Positions 11,860 to 22,370 of a DNA stretch of 64,000 bases are shown in pieces. Position 1 is the first letter of the stretch. Each line of letters opens with the position of its first letter. The notes under the pieces were generated by a model, which saw only the letters and a program-made list of their open reading frames with translations, searched no databases and was not told the DNA's origin. Source of the stretch: Harriotta raleighana (Eukaryota); assembly GCA_050575255.1 (NCBI GenBank), contig JBNZDD010013635.1, forward strand, positions 654,947 to 718,946. The letters run 5' to 3'. A program made the position numbers and the translations under genes.

Positions 11860-12065
11860 ATTGGCTCTGTGGATAAATGTACCTAGCCATATACACCAGA
11901 AGGTCCTGGGTTTGAGCAGTTTATGTTGTGAGCTTTGATCGCCCTTTGGTCGGTAACAGTGCTATAATAATATATACACTACAACTGGCCTCAGATTCGC
12001 TGAGTTGGGTAAGAGTTCAGAGAGTTTCCATTCCAGGCTGTTCACTGCCCAGTAATCCCTGATGA
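11860..12065 (+). mobile_element. Ancient AmnSINE2-like SINE relic
   Basis: AGCCATATACACCAGAAGGTCCTGGGTT...CACTACAACTGGCCTCAG...CCAGTAATCCCTG resembles the recalled consensus. Highly diverged. Confidence 0.45.
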
Positions 12066-12210
12066 GAAACATACATGGGCACAGGTATGAATGGCTCTCA
12101 AGAGCAGGACTAAGGATTGTAGAGTCTTGAAGGACCATATCCTTCATGAGGTAGTGTCTCTACAACAGGTAGAAAAACTGTTTGCTTTACCAAACTGTTC
12201 CAAGTCAGAT

Positions 12211-12277
12211 TCAATCAATCAATCAAAATTACATTTATATAGCACCTTTCACGTTGGGAGGACGTCCTAAGGCACTG
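12211..12277 (-). mobile_element. L2 3' stem-loop with (ATTG)n tail
   Basis: CAATCAATCAATCAAAATTACATTTATATAGCACCTTTCACGTTGGGAGGACGTCC on +. Confidence 0.8.
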
Positions 12278-13957
12278 ATTCTTGAGTTTATCTAAAATGT
12301 CAAAAGGGGCGATGGCTTTATTCCATATTTAGACACTGGTTGCCTATATAAGAAGGTTAATCTCTCCCTTTGCTTGCCTTAGGTACAGACTGAAGGATTT
12401 TCTTGGCCTGCTAATCAGGAGGCTCGCCAGATGTGGTTACGTGACCTTGAATCAATATGTCTAATTGTACTTTTACAGTCTATTTTGGTCCATTTCTTTC
12501 CATAGATTATAATATTTGACATTCCTCCTTTCATTCCTTTCTATCCAGTTTCTAAGTGCACACTTGACGGTGAGCCTACGAAATCCTGCATTTTTTTTGC
12601 TCTCCCTGAGCACTGATGTGAAGTGACAGTTTCCATTCCTTTAGTGAAGATGTATCCATTTCCAGAGATTCTTCGGTGGAGTCACTTTTACGCTCCCATG
12701 GATTTCCGAAGGTTATGCAATGTGCTGATTCATTCTAAAAGTGCTCATCTCTTTTAAATCGCACAAGTGTTGTTGTTTTGGGATAGGAATGTGCGATCCT
12801 CAATCAACATCAGTTGTTGTTTGATGAAGGGATTATTGTTGTGACTTTTCTAAAATGCAAGGAAATGCTTCTCAAGGAGAGCTTCGTCGAGCAGGCTCCT
12901 CATCCCTGTCACTTCTGGTGCAAAAATGAAAAACTTGAACGAGGTTCAAGTACTGAGGTACTTAGTACTGAGGTAACTGTTTCTTAATGCAGTCTACATT
13001 TTTTGAATAGCGTCTTGTTCCAAAATCAAAAGAAGGTTGCCATGGAATTTTGCTTTGTGGATAATAGGAACCAGGCTTCATGTCACACGTATAAGCAGTT
13101 CTCAATTTATCAGCCTCAACTGGGTGAAGGGCTGATTTGGATCCATTGGGTTTGAAGCCAAACTCTTCCAGCCCCAACTCTCAACCAGCACATTGAGGTG
13201 TTGCTATGTGATTCCGAACACACAATAAATACATTGAGGGGGTCATCTGAGGTGAGGAAATTTTACATCTGATTGTACAAAAAGTGGGTGTTTTGACTCA
13301 TAGCATGAATCCCTTTCCTCTGTATTCGTTCTCCTTCACTTGGTAGGATTGACAGTCTGAGCCTCTTACCCTCTGCCCCGTGTTGCTGCATCCAGACTAC
13401 AATCTGACTTTAAGATCTTAACAAATAATGAAGCTGAAAAGATCTCTGCCAGTTTGGAGATTAACCGCACTACAGGCAGCAGATTAAACAATTTCGAGCA
13501 ATTATTATAATTCCTTGCCCATGGGATGGCAGTATTGTGTTAAAGGGACACAGTGTTCAGGAATGAATTGTTTGGCAAATGGTTTGATTATATGGGAAGC
13601 AGCAGAAGTAAACAAGAGGACATGTGTTACTTCTATCGTGATGTCATCTGCAGAGACAGGTTGATGTGTTTATGATGCAATTTAGGCCTGATACGATCTT
13701 GAATACCAAACCGTACAAACTCACCACTTGTATTTAAGATAAAACCGAACACTTTCTTCCCCAAACCAGCCTCTTATCAGGAGGTCAGATTGGCAAGTGC
13801 ATGCTGCAAACTGGATTTACATTAGATGTTCACAATGCCTAGTAGAACGGTGCCCTGTGTAAATGCTGGGGAAACCCTCTTGCTCTATATTATTTCCCAG
13901 TTTTGCTATTCGTCTAGCGTCAACCTATATGATTACCATGTGGAGTTCTGTGTAGCT

Positions 13958-14247
13958 GTGGAGTCCTGTAGCTCTGTGGTTAGGGCACTCGCCTCACAAG
14001 TGAGGGACCTAGGTTCGATTCCCAGCAGGGTGAAACCCTGAGTGAGTTTCCACACGCCTGATAATAATTTCTCAAGAAATAAAACAATAACATCATTTCA
14101 ATCCACTACTATTTGTAGGACGCTGCCTTATTTTGGCTGCCTTATTTTGTCCACAAACAAACAGTCAATTAACTTTACAGTATATTCTATGAAGCGTTTT
14201 GTGATGTCCGGTAGTTGTGAAAAGCCCTACGTCAAAGGATTATTATT
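13958..14247 (+). mobile_element. Full-length, more diverged tRNA-derived SINE
   Basis: GGAGTCCTGTAGCTCTGTGGTTAGGGCACTCGCCTCACAAGTGAG...GGTTCGATTCCC...AAGGATTATTATT. Confidence 0.9.
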
Positions 14248-14789
14248 GATTTTTTTTTTACCAATTATCAGACAGAGATCAGCATCACCCAATCACTGAG
14301 ACCAGAAGTTAGAATTGCAGGATGTTTGTGTTTGGTGTAATGTGAAGCTAAAGAGAATGAGACCCATCAACCATTCAGTCCACGTGCATATGATTCAATG
14401 TGATGGCTTTGTTTTCCAGTTGTCAAGTGAATAATGAGACAGAATAGGTTTTAATACAATAAAGTATTTTGAATCCGATCTTTTGTAAACCTAAATTACT
14501 AAGCTGCTTAGAAGCTGACATTTTCCTAAGTGATCATTATGTTTTTAATAGCAAACCTGAATTGTCTTCGGCTCCCAATGACCAAGTTATACTGCTCCCT
14601 AATGGTCTTATATTATTCACTTTCTATTACTTGGCTGCCTTCCCTACTTCGAGTCACTGGATCCAGCCAATGGATGCATATGACAGCAACAAATCAGTCA
14701 GGCCAGTAAATAATTTCATTGTGCAAACCAAGAAATGATCTATGGGAAAATTACTGAGTCTATTGTAATAATATTGTTGTCTTTCACTG

Positions 14790-15052
14790 TTTCCTCGTTT
14801 GACTGTTTCCAGCCATTCTGCCCACACTCTACAAGACCCCATCCTAATGACCTTCCACCTTGGGTCCTACCTCCATGCCCCGTTCCCACCTTCAAATTGG
14901 ACCTTAAGACTCACTTTACAACTGTACAACCCTCCCCCTTTTCTTTAGCTCCTCCACTGAGTACAGCTCGCACTCAGCTATGTGAAGTGCTTGAAGATGC
15001 TCTCCCGACGTGCAAGGCAACTGTAGTATGCAATTGGCAATTGTTGCTGTTA
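14790..15052 (+). mobile_element. L2 LINE 3' fragment
   Basis: Degenerate ORF2 end (FSHSA...TFKLDLKTH) followed by a stem-loop-like end and TTGTTG tail. Confidence 0.65.
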
Positions 15053-15721
15053 TAAACCAGTCTTTGTCGATTCAGTCAAATCTCTGATGCCTTTCCATTG
15101 AACAGGGAACTAATCCAATCTAAACTTGAAAGGAAGTTGTACGCTTTGAAGAAAATAAACGGAATTCTTGTTTTTGCATGGAAATCAGGAAACGAAAGGG
15201 TTTTGCAGTAATGTGAAGTAGTGATGCTACTTTTTAGTGCAATGCTTCTGGCAAATTATTCATGCAGTAGCTTTGCCAAAAGTGTTCATTCTGTCAGCTT
15301 TCCAGCATTCAGACCCTTACAGGAATCTAAGATTTATTGCTGCTCTCCAGTTCTCAGCTACATTGGGAGCTCTCTCTCTCTCTGGTAATAAATGAGCAGC
15401 ATTGACAGGTGCAGAAAAGATCTAATGCCTTGTCAGCACAGTTCTGGCATCAGAAAGTTCCTAACCTGGGGTGGGTGACTGCATATTAAAACTGTCGTGT
15501 TTTTTTTAAGCAGTACAGAGCCTATTTGCACTAAAATCACAGGGAAATCTCGCTGCTCGCTGTAAGTAGACAAGATAAAGAACCTTTTCTGAATACGAGA
15601 CTGCTCCGAGGTATTACTGTTGATACTGTAGACTTTTCAACACTCTATGCTTCTGTGCTGGTTTGAAATTTTTCACAATACATGACTACCATTTTATTTC
15701 TCACAAATAGCCTAGTGGGCT

Positions 15722-16092
15722 TACAACAACAACAACAACTTGGATTTATACAGCGCCCTCCATGCCAGACAGCATCTCAGAGCGCTTCATAATAACGGAT
15801 CCCAGCGACAAGCCAGGGGGAGGGGAAAAAGATGACCAAAAGTGCAGTTGAAAGGAAAAGTTTTTAGCCTTGACCTGAAAATAGGAAAGGGGTGAGATGT
15901 GAGGCGAAGGGAGTGAGGAAGCGAATTCCAGAGCCTCGGGTTGTAGTGGCTCAAGGCATGGCTGACGAAGGTGGAACGGAGGATTCGGGGACAAGGAGGA
16001 GGCCAGACCCAGTAGAGCAAAGGCAAGCAAACTGTTACGAGAAGAGGAGGTCAGAGAGATAGGGGGGTGCAGAGGAGTGGAGGGATTTGAAA
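15722..16092 (-). mobile_element. L2 LINE 3' fragment with recognisable ORF2 C-terminus
   Basis: Translation ALSHYNPRLWNSLPHSLR...FRSRLKT is the L2 C-terminal motif (AFS..AP.LWNSLP...FK..LKT). (TTG)n tail at 15722-15738. Confidence 0.85.
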
Positions 16093-16266
16093 ACAAGTTT
16101 TATTTTCGTAAAACTGATAACATGCAAATTATTTGGCTTTAGCAATGTAGATCTCAGCGAAGAATTAAATCACAGTGCTATGTTATACCCCCACCCACCC
16201 CACAAAGTAATTGCTCTATTCTCTTTTATTTCTTTATTTTAATCTTTTAATTCCTTATTGAATGAC

Positions 16267-16400
16267 TCAATCACAATTTGCACTTGTATCACACCTTCAA
16301 GTAGGAAATGGCTCAAAGCGCTTTACGGAGATTAGGTACACAAGCAAAGTAGGGAGGCTGGAGGCATCAAGCCTTGATCAAAGAGTAGGTTTTTAAGGAC
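16267..16400 (-). mobile_element. Old L2 3' fragment
   Basis: Tail-like TTTGCACTTGTATCACACC...CTCAAAGCGCTTTAC, plus a region resembling LKT.LFDQ on the minus strand. Confidence 0.5.
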
Positions 16401-17004
16401 AATAAGCATTGTCATGAACATGGCACACAGTAAGCCTATTTTGAATGGGGCTTTAACTCTTCCTAATTACTGGACATGCAGAAAGTTTTAGATATATTGC
16501 CTCATTGATGGCTTCATCACAGAATGACATCAAGCTTCATACGTTTGTTATGTAGACTGCATTCTGGAGACTTGAGAAGGTTTGAAGTCTAGACTAGTTC
16601 CCCTGAAGTTGAAAGTGATCTTGCTCAAGACATCCTGTCAACGGAATGGAAGATCAACAGTCACATAATCTTTACAAACTCATTTAAATAGCTGAGACAC
16701 TAACTAACTGCTACGGAATTATGCTGGGATCCGGCTAATCTGATCAGGTTTGGAATTAAACAAAGACTCTGCAAAACCAATTTATCTGTGGCAGTTTCAC
16801 TGGATTAAAACAGGGATGAAGATGAAGCAATGAACACCCACTTGCCCGTCTTTATTAAATGTTCACAGGGGCAATGTCGGACTTCTATCCTCCATACCTC
16901 TCTGACACATCAAGTTTGTGCCTGAAGAGAGTTTATAATACCTGCCATGCAAGCAGCTAGTAGCTGTTGGTGCTGCTTGTATCTGTTCATGTCCAGATTA
17001 CTAC

Positions 17005-17296
17005 TAATAATAATAATCTTTGCATTTGATATAGTGCTTTTCACGTCTGCTAGACATCTCAAAGTGCTTCACGGTATATACTGGAAAGTGAATTGACTGT
17101 ATATTTTGTGGGCAGCCAATTGTGCACAGCAGAGTCCCACAAACAGTCATGGAATGAAATGAACATTTTTTTTCAGAGGGATTATTAACAGGCATGTAGA
17201 ATAAAGAAACTTGCTCAAGGTTTCACCCTGCCTGGAAATGAACCCAGGTCTCTTGCTTGCAAGGCATATGCTCTAACCACTGGGGTACAGGACCCC
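17005..17296 (-). mobile_element. Full-length tRNA-derived SINE
   Basis: Reverse tail, body and head (TGCTCTAACCACTGGGGTACAGGAC on +). Confidence 0.9.
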
Positions 17297-17900
17297 ATGC
17301 AAGTAAGAATCAATTTAAGATGGAGTGTTTGTCTGATTAATTTTCATTCCTCAATCATATTTTTGATCCATTCTTGGATTTTATAGCTTTTTGGTGCCTC
17401 AAATAATTATTCTGATTTTTTTTTTAAATCCTCCTTTTTGATGGTAACTAATCACCTCTATAATAGATTCTCTGAGACTTTATCCTATACATAAGGGATG
17501 ATATACAAATGCACGTTGTTGCAGTAGATTCTCATTTTAGTTCACTTCAATTGTTGCATGTACTTGTTACGTAAAATATTTCCGTATTACGCCAATTTCA
17601 CAATCACCATTCTATTTTTTTTCTTAAAAAAATAAACACTGCGTATGCTCTTCTAAGTGAATGCAACAGATGTTCAGAAGGATCATTTTTGATCTCAGCC
17701 GGTCAGGCCACGTTAACTGGTCAGTGTTCCTGGTTTTAGAAACGGAAACAAATAGTTGTCGGAAAGACAGTTGTGAACAGCAGGAGCAGAGTAACTTTTT
17801 GTTTGGAGAAATCACTTTTGGAAAGTCCATGTGTGTGGACACTGAACTCCACTGGGAGTTAGTAAAAATTTGGTTGAGAGTTTTAAATCGCAGTAAATTC

Positions 17901-17968
17901 CAGCGCCTTAGGACATCCTCGCGGCGTGAAAGGCGCTATACAAATGCAAGTGTGTTGTTGTTGTTGTT
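17901..17968 (+). mobile_element. L2 3' stem-loop and (TTG)n tail
   Basis: Perfect AGCGCCTT...AAGGCGCT stem, then ATACAAATGCAAG and TTGTTGTTG. Confidence 0.8.
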
Positions 17969-20310
17969 AAATAGCATTTAGCCATGAGTTTAGTAGGTCA
18001 AGTAGATGACCGATCCCCTGCCTCCTCTCCACGGATTTTTGTTTATATAACTGACTTGTTAACTGGTAAGATTAACACATTTTGATTGTTTGTAGGTGTG
18101 AGGCTCTGTAAGAGACTGCCAGCACAAGTCTTCATAACTCGCTCCTGCCAAAGGCAGATCATATTCTAAGATGGTATTCTAACATGCAAAAGTGACCTCA
18201 ATCATGATACGTTTTATTTTTCACAGTGGCGACAGTGTGTCTCCAGTGGAATGCTGCACGACATAAGGTTTCTTCAGCCTCTTCATCAAAAGTTCAGCTC
18301 TGTCCCATTGATAGGTTAGGTTAAAGATGCTTCACATTTACCGGAAAGCGTTGTTTAATGATGACTCTAATTTTAACATGAAATTGATTCAAATTAAAAG
18401 CAGTTGCTCTATGATTTCTGTCTCGCATTTGTATTTAATATAAGTTGCTCAAGGGTGTTCCAGCCATGTAAATCTAGCCCTATACCAATAAAGGACCAGA
18501 TAATCTGCAACTTCGATCAATTGAACGAAAGATCCCATACACATCTTACTCTGAATTCAAGAGCATATTCCGTGCACATCTTTCATCTCAAAACCATGTG
18601 ACATAGTTATTATCATTGTGAGATAGCCTGGAGGTCATTTTTTTAGTTTTAAATTGGGAATAAGACCGATTCAAGATGTGTTTTATAGAAGAAAAGCAAT
18701 TGAAGTTAATGGGAACAACATATTGCATTGGTTTATTTTATAGATAAATTTGTACAGAATCTATAATAAAATAAAGGGAAACATTGGAATGAAGAATTCT
18801 AATAGCTTCTTTGTGGCCACAGGTTATTTGATCATTCTAGGAGACATATATAAATGTGTTCAGTTCATCTAAGGGCTTTGTTGTGAAATTGCAAAGGACC
18901 TTCTATTGCTAAAGGCAATTTTCCAATTTGCTTTCAGAATTAAATAAGAAAGAGTTGACCATTACTGCCGATAAGTCTTTCAGCCCCTTTGTTTGTTTAC
19001 TCTCTTAGCTTGTCACAAGCAATGCCTCAAACCACATTGTGTGTTTATCAGGTCCACATTGAGCACTCCCACTTGCGTAGTCTTATTTAGATGATTGTCT
19101 TGGGCCTTGCGGACGCCTATTGTCTCTGGCGAGTGTGGCTGTTTGGATGCCAAACCTATGGTGATGCACTCGGTAAAGGCAAGCTTCAAATTGTGCCCTG
19201 GACTTTTGAGAGTCGCTCGTTTACAGCCAAACTGGGAAATAGATATCCAAGTGTTTTGCTGAGTTTGTTACCATTGGTGACTCTGTTTACCTTTAGTCTG
19301 TTTACCTTTGAAAACAACGCTTGGAACATTCTATTTATAAAACTCACACTTCATCCTACCACATGTATGATTCCATCTTTTTTCACTCCAGTATTTTTCT
19401 CCCACCCTTTCCTATTTAGGTTGGAAATCTCTTCTCAAAGCAGGCTCCATCTTGAATTTCCCCACCAATCTAGTTTTCCCCAGCCTGGCTGTTTCAACCC
19501 CTTTTAGTCAATGCCACTTTTTGGTTGATTTCCCAAAAGATTAACAATTGTAAGATCCTTACCCGTTGTTGGGCAACGGGTCCTATAATTCTCCATCTCT
19601 AACGACCTGACCCAATCTAACCAAAGCACTCTCTGGTGGAACCAAATGCAAACTTGGGCCAGTGAAGAATTTATTGCTTGGTGTTGCAATTATTGACCTG
19701 CCTGTATGCTTTGAATCAAATATTGTAAAGAAACTATGTATAGAACTGCCGAGCAACATTAACCACTGTTAGTTATTTTATGTCCAGCTGAGTCTATAGT
19801 AACACACACAGAAAATATAGATTCATCCTCTTTACAGTCAAAATCCTAACGAAGCCACCTCCTGAAGACGGTCTTGGCATCCAAGCAGCAGCACAAATCC
19901 TCCTCGATTTCTAATGGGTTTCTTATTGGTGCTTTGGCAAATCAAGCTGCATGACCTTAGCGTAACGAGTGCAGTGCTCTTCATACCTTGATCATTTTGA
20001 ATTTGGAACCGATTATCTGTAAACTGATCTGTGTTGACAAAACCTCGCCTCGAGATATTCTTTACTTTTAATCAGCACAGACTCTTCTTACAATGCAGAT
20101 GCATTTCACATTTGTGCGCATTTGGGATTGTATTTCGGATCAAAATAATCTGCGGCTGTGACTGTGAACATGGATGAGCATTGAAAGGAGGCTTTCTCTC
20201 CCTGTACTACGTTGGTGCAGAGGGAATCTTTAAGCACATCACAAGTGTCAAATGCGCTGGTGTCTTGCCATTGGAAACGAGACCATTTTTGCAGAAGGCA
20301 ACTGAGAGGT

Positions 20311-20331
20311 GGGAGGGGGTGGGTGGGGGGG
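20311..20331 (+). other. Canonical G-quadruplex-forming sequence
   Basis: GGGAGGGGGTGGGTGGGGGGG: four G-runs separated by single-nucleotide loops. Confidence 0.6.
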
Positions 20332-20859
20332 AATGGAAGAAGCGTTGCATCATTCGCTGGAGAGTAAACCAGGCACCAAAACATTCCCTGTTGACACTGA
20401 CTGACGCTGAGGTACGATGACTGGAAATGCATACGCTCTGGTGCCAGGGCTCCATTTACTCAGCTGTGTTGCTATTCTAAACGGTTGTTTGAATGAGCCA
20501 AAAGAGACCAAAAGATGTGATGTATTAACTTGTCACATCAGGGATTCCTCAGCTAACAGCTGCCACCTTGAACAACATAAATAGCACCTGCAGCATTGGT
20601 AATAGGTCCAATGTGACGGCAACCATTGGAAAGTAAACAAGGGGTCATGCCTCAGAAAAGGTGGGTTATTAAAGATCATTCAGTTCTGAGTACTGAAACG
20701 CAGATTTACAAAGCTCAGCTCAACAGCAGTCTGCGCTCTCCAAATACACCCGTATCCATGTTGGCTATCTCACTTCACCATGTTAGCCCGTTACAGTTCA
20801 GAAGTGTAATGCATTTTACAGCTAAATAACACAGTTTGGGTTCCACTCCAATCCAGGAT

Positions 20860-21030
20860 TGGGAGAGTGCAACATTGTTTGGAGATGTGCTTCAGATGAG
20901 ACATTAACTCCTGTTCAGGTGGGCATTCAAATCCAATGATTAATAGAGAAGGAACTTTCTTCTGGCCAAAAAGTACTCAGATACCTTCACTTTGTAGCTG
21001 TTGTCTGCGTTTGCCTACAGAAATGATCAC
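20860..21030 (+). mobile_element. Old DeuSINE (Deu-domain) relic
   Basis: GAGAGTGCAACATTGTTTGGAGATGTGCTTCAGATGAGACATTAA...TCAGGTGGGC resembles the Deu central domain. Confidence 0.55.
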
Positions 21031-22059
21031 CCCATTTAACATTACCTGTTAAGCCAAACATATACACTGCAGGAATACAAGGTTATTTTTGTACTATTTT
21101 TTTTAATGTCTTAGCAAGAAACACTGCACTATTAATGCATTCAAATACAAAACAGTTAACAATATTCTGTTTTGTAATGCATCACAATTATTAGGGCTAT
21201 GCTAATGCCAAAATAACTGGCAAATCAGCATTATGATGGATTACAAGATCATCCTATTTAGGTCATAGGCCAAACAACAGAACGACATGTCTTTGTGTTA
21301 ACTGCCATCTGTATAATGTCCATTTGATGTCTATATTAATTCCTTTCCATATATTACACTGCAGTGCAAGCTGGAATTTGACTTTAATTAAACTCAAAGA
21401 ATACAATTTATTTTTGGTCAGCCAGTTATCTGACAGATGTGGAAACACAACATCATGCTTAAAAGTAGTCAAACTACATAGAGTTCCACATATGTCTGCC
21501 TCCTACACATGGGAATTTCCATGTGAGTGAAATGGAACTTGAACTCTCTCCCTTTTTGCCTAATTCCAGAGAGTATTAAGTGCTGGTTGGGGAGGTTTGA
21601 AGACCTTCAGAGTGTCTGGAGTTTCACAAGCTAAAATCCCATAGCTTACAATTGGCCTTCACAACATACTTCTAATTTCACCTGTTCCATGCCTCAAGAC
21701 AACAATAGGAAACTGTCCTAGCAACTAAATAAATACCCACCAGCCTTTGCTCATCGAGACTGAACAATATGATAAACAAGGGAATAAAAATATCTTGTCC
21801 GAGGTCAAAGAAAACATCCTGTGAATGATCCCTGAATACTGAAGCCCGCAAAAGAGATTACGAAGCAAGAAATAAATGAGAACATCCAGTTCTACGGCAG
21901 AAATCAATCTGGCCATATTCCAGGTAAAGGGCAGGTTCCTATTTGTGGGATATAACCAGACCCATAGAACAACAGTTGATACCCAATATCCAACTTCAAA
22001 GACTTGATTTCCAAACACAGATTTATTTGATGTACTCGTCTAAATTGACAACAAAGTAA

Positions 22060-22145
22060 AAATAGAAAATGCCAGATGTGCATAATAGGTCGATCAGCAA
22101 ATAAAAGAGAAAGATTGGCTAACGTTTCACCCCTTCATCACAAAA
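22060..22145 (-). mobile_element. Degenerate Penelope/hammerhead-type fragment
   Basis: Minus strand GTGATGAAGGGGTGAAACGTTAGCC. Same family as 11190-11335, but the core C is mutated and stem II is deleted. Confidence 0.5.
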
Positions 22146-22370
22146 TGCATCTTTTTTTTAATCTTTGAGAATTGGTAAGGAGTTTTGGCTAAGGTTTTTT
22201 TTATCACTGAGACACAGAAAAAGATGGGGAATGGGGTAAGGAAAGAATTACCTGACCTAATTGTGTACCTTACCCAGGAAACAAAGGCAGATCATTTGGG
22301 TGAACAATAAGAAATGAAGAAAAGACAGTATATCAGAATTCCAATATTGTGTGCAGTTTTTGAGACTTAC

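Noticed and set aside
22257-22370. Last 37 codons of the 727-aa ORF as part of the main protein
   Set aside because: Homology stops at a canonical GTAAGT donor, so these codons are treated as intron. The alternative-isoform possibility is listed as a speculative finding.
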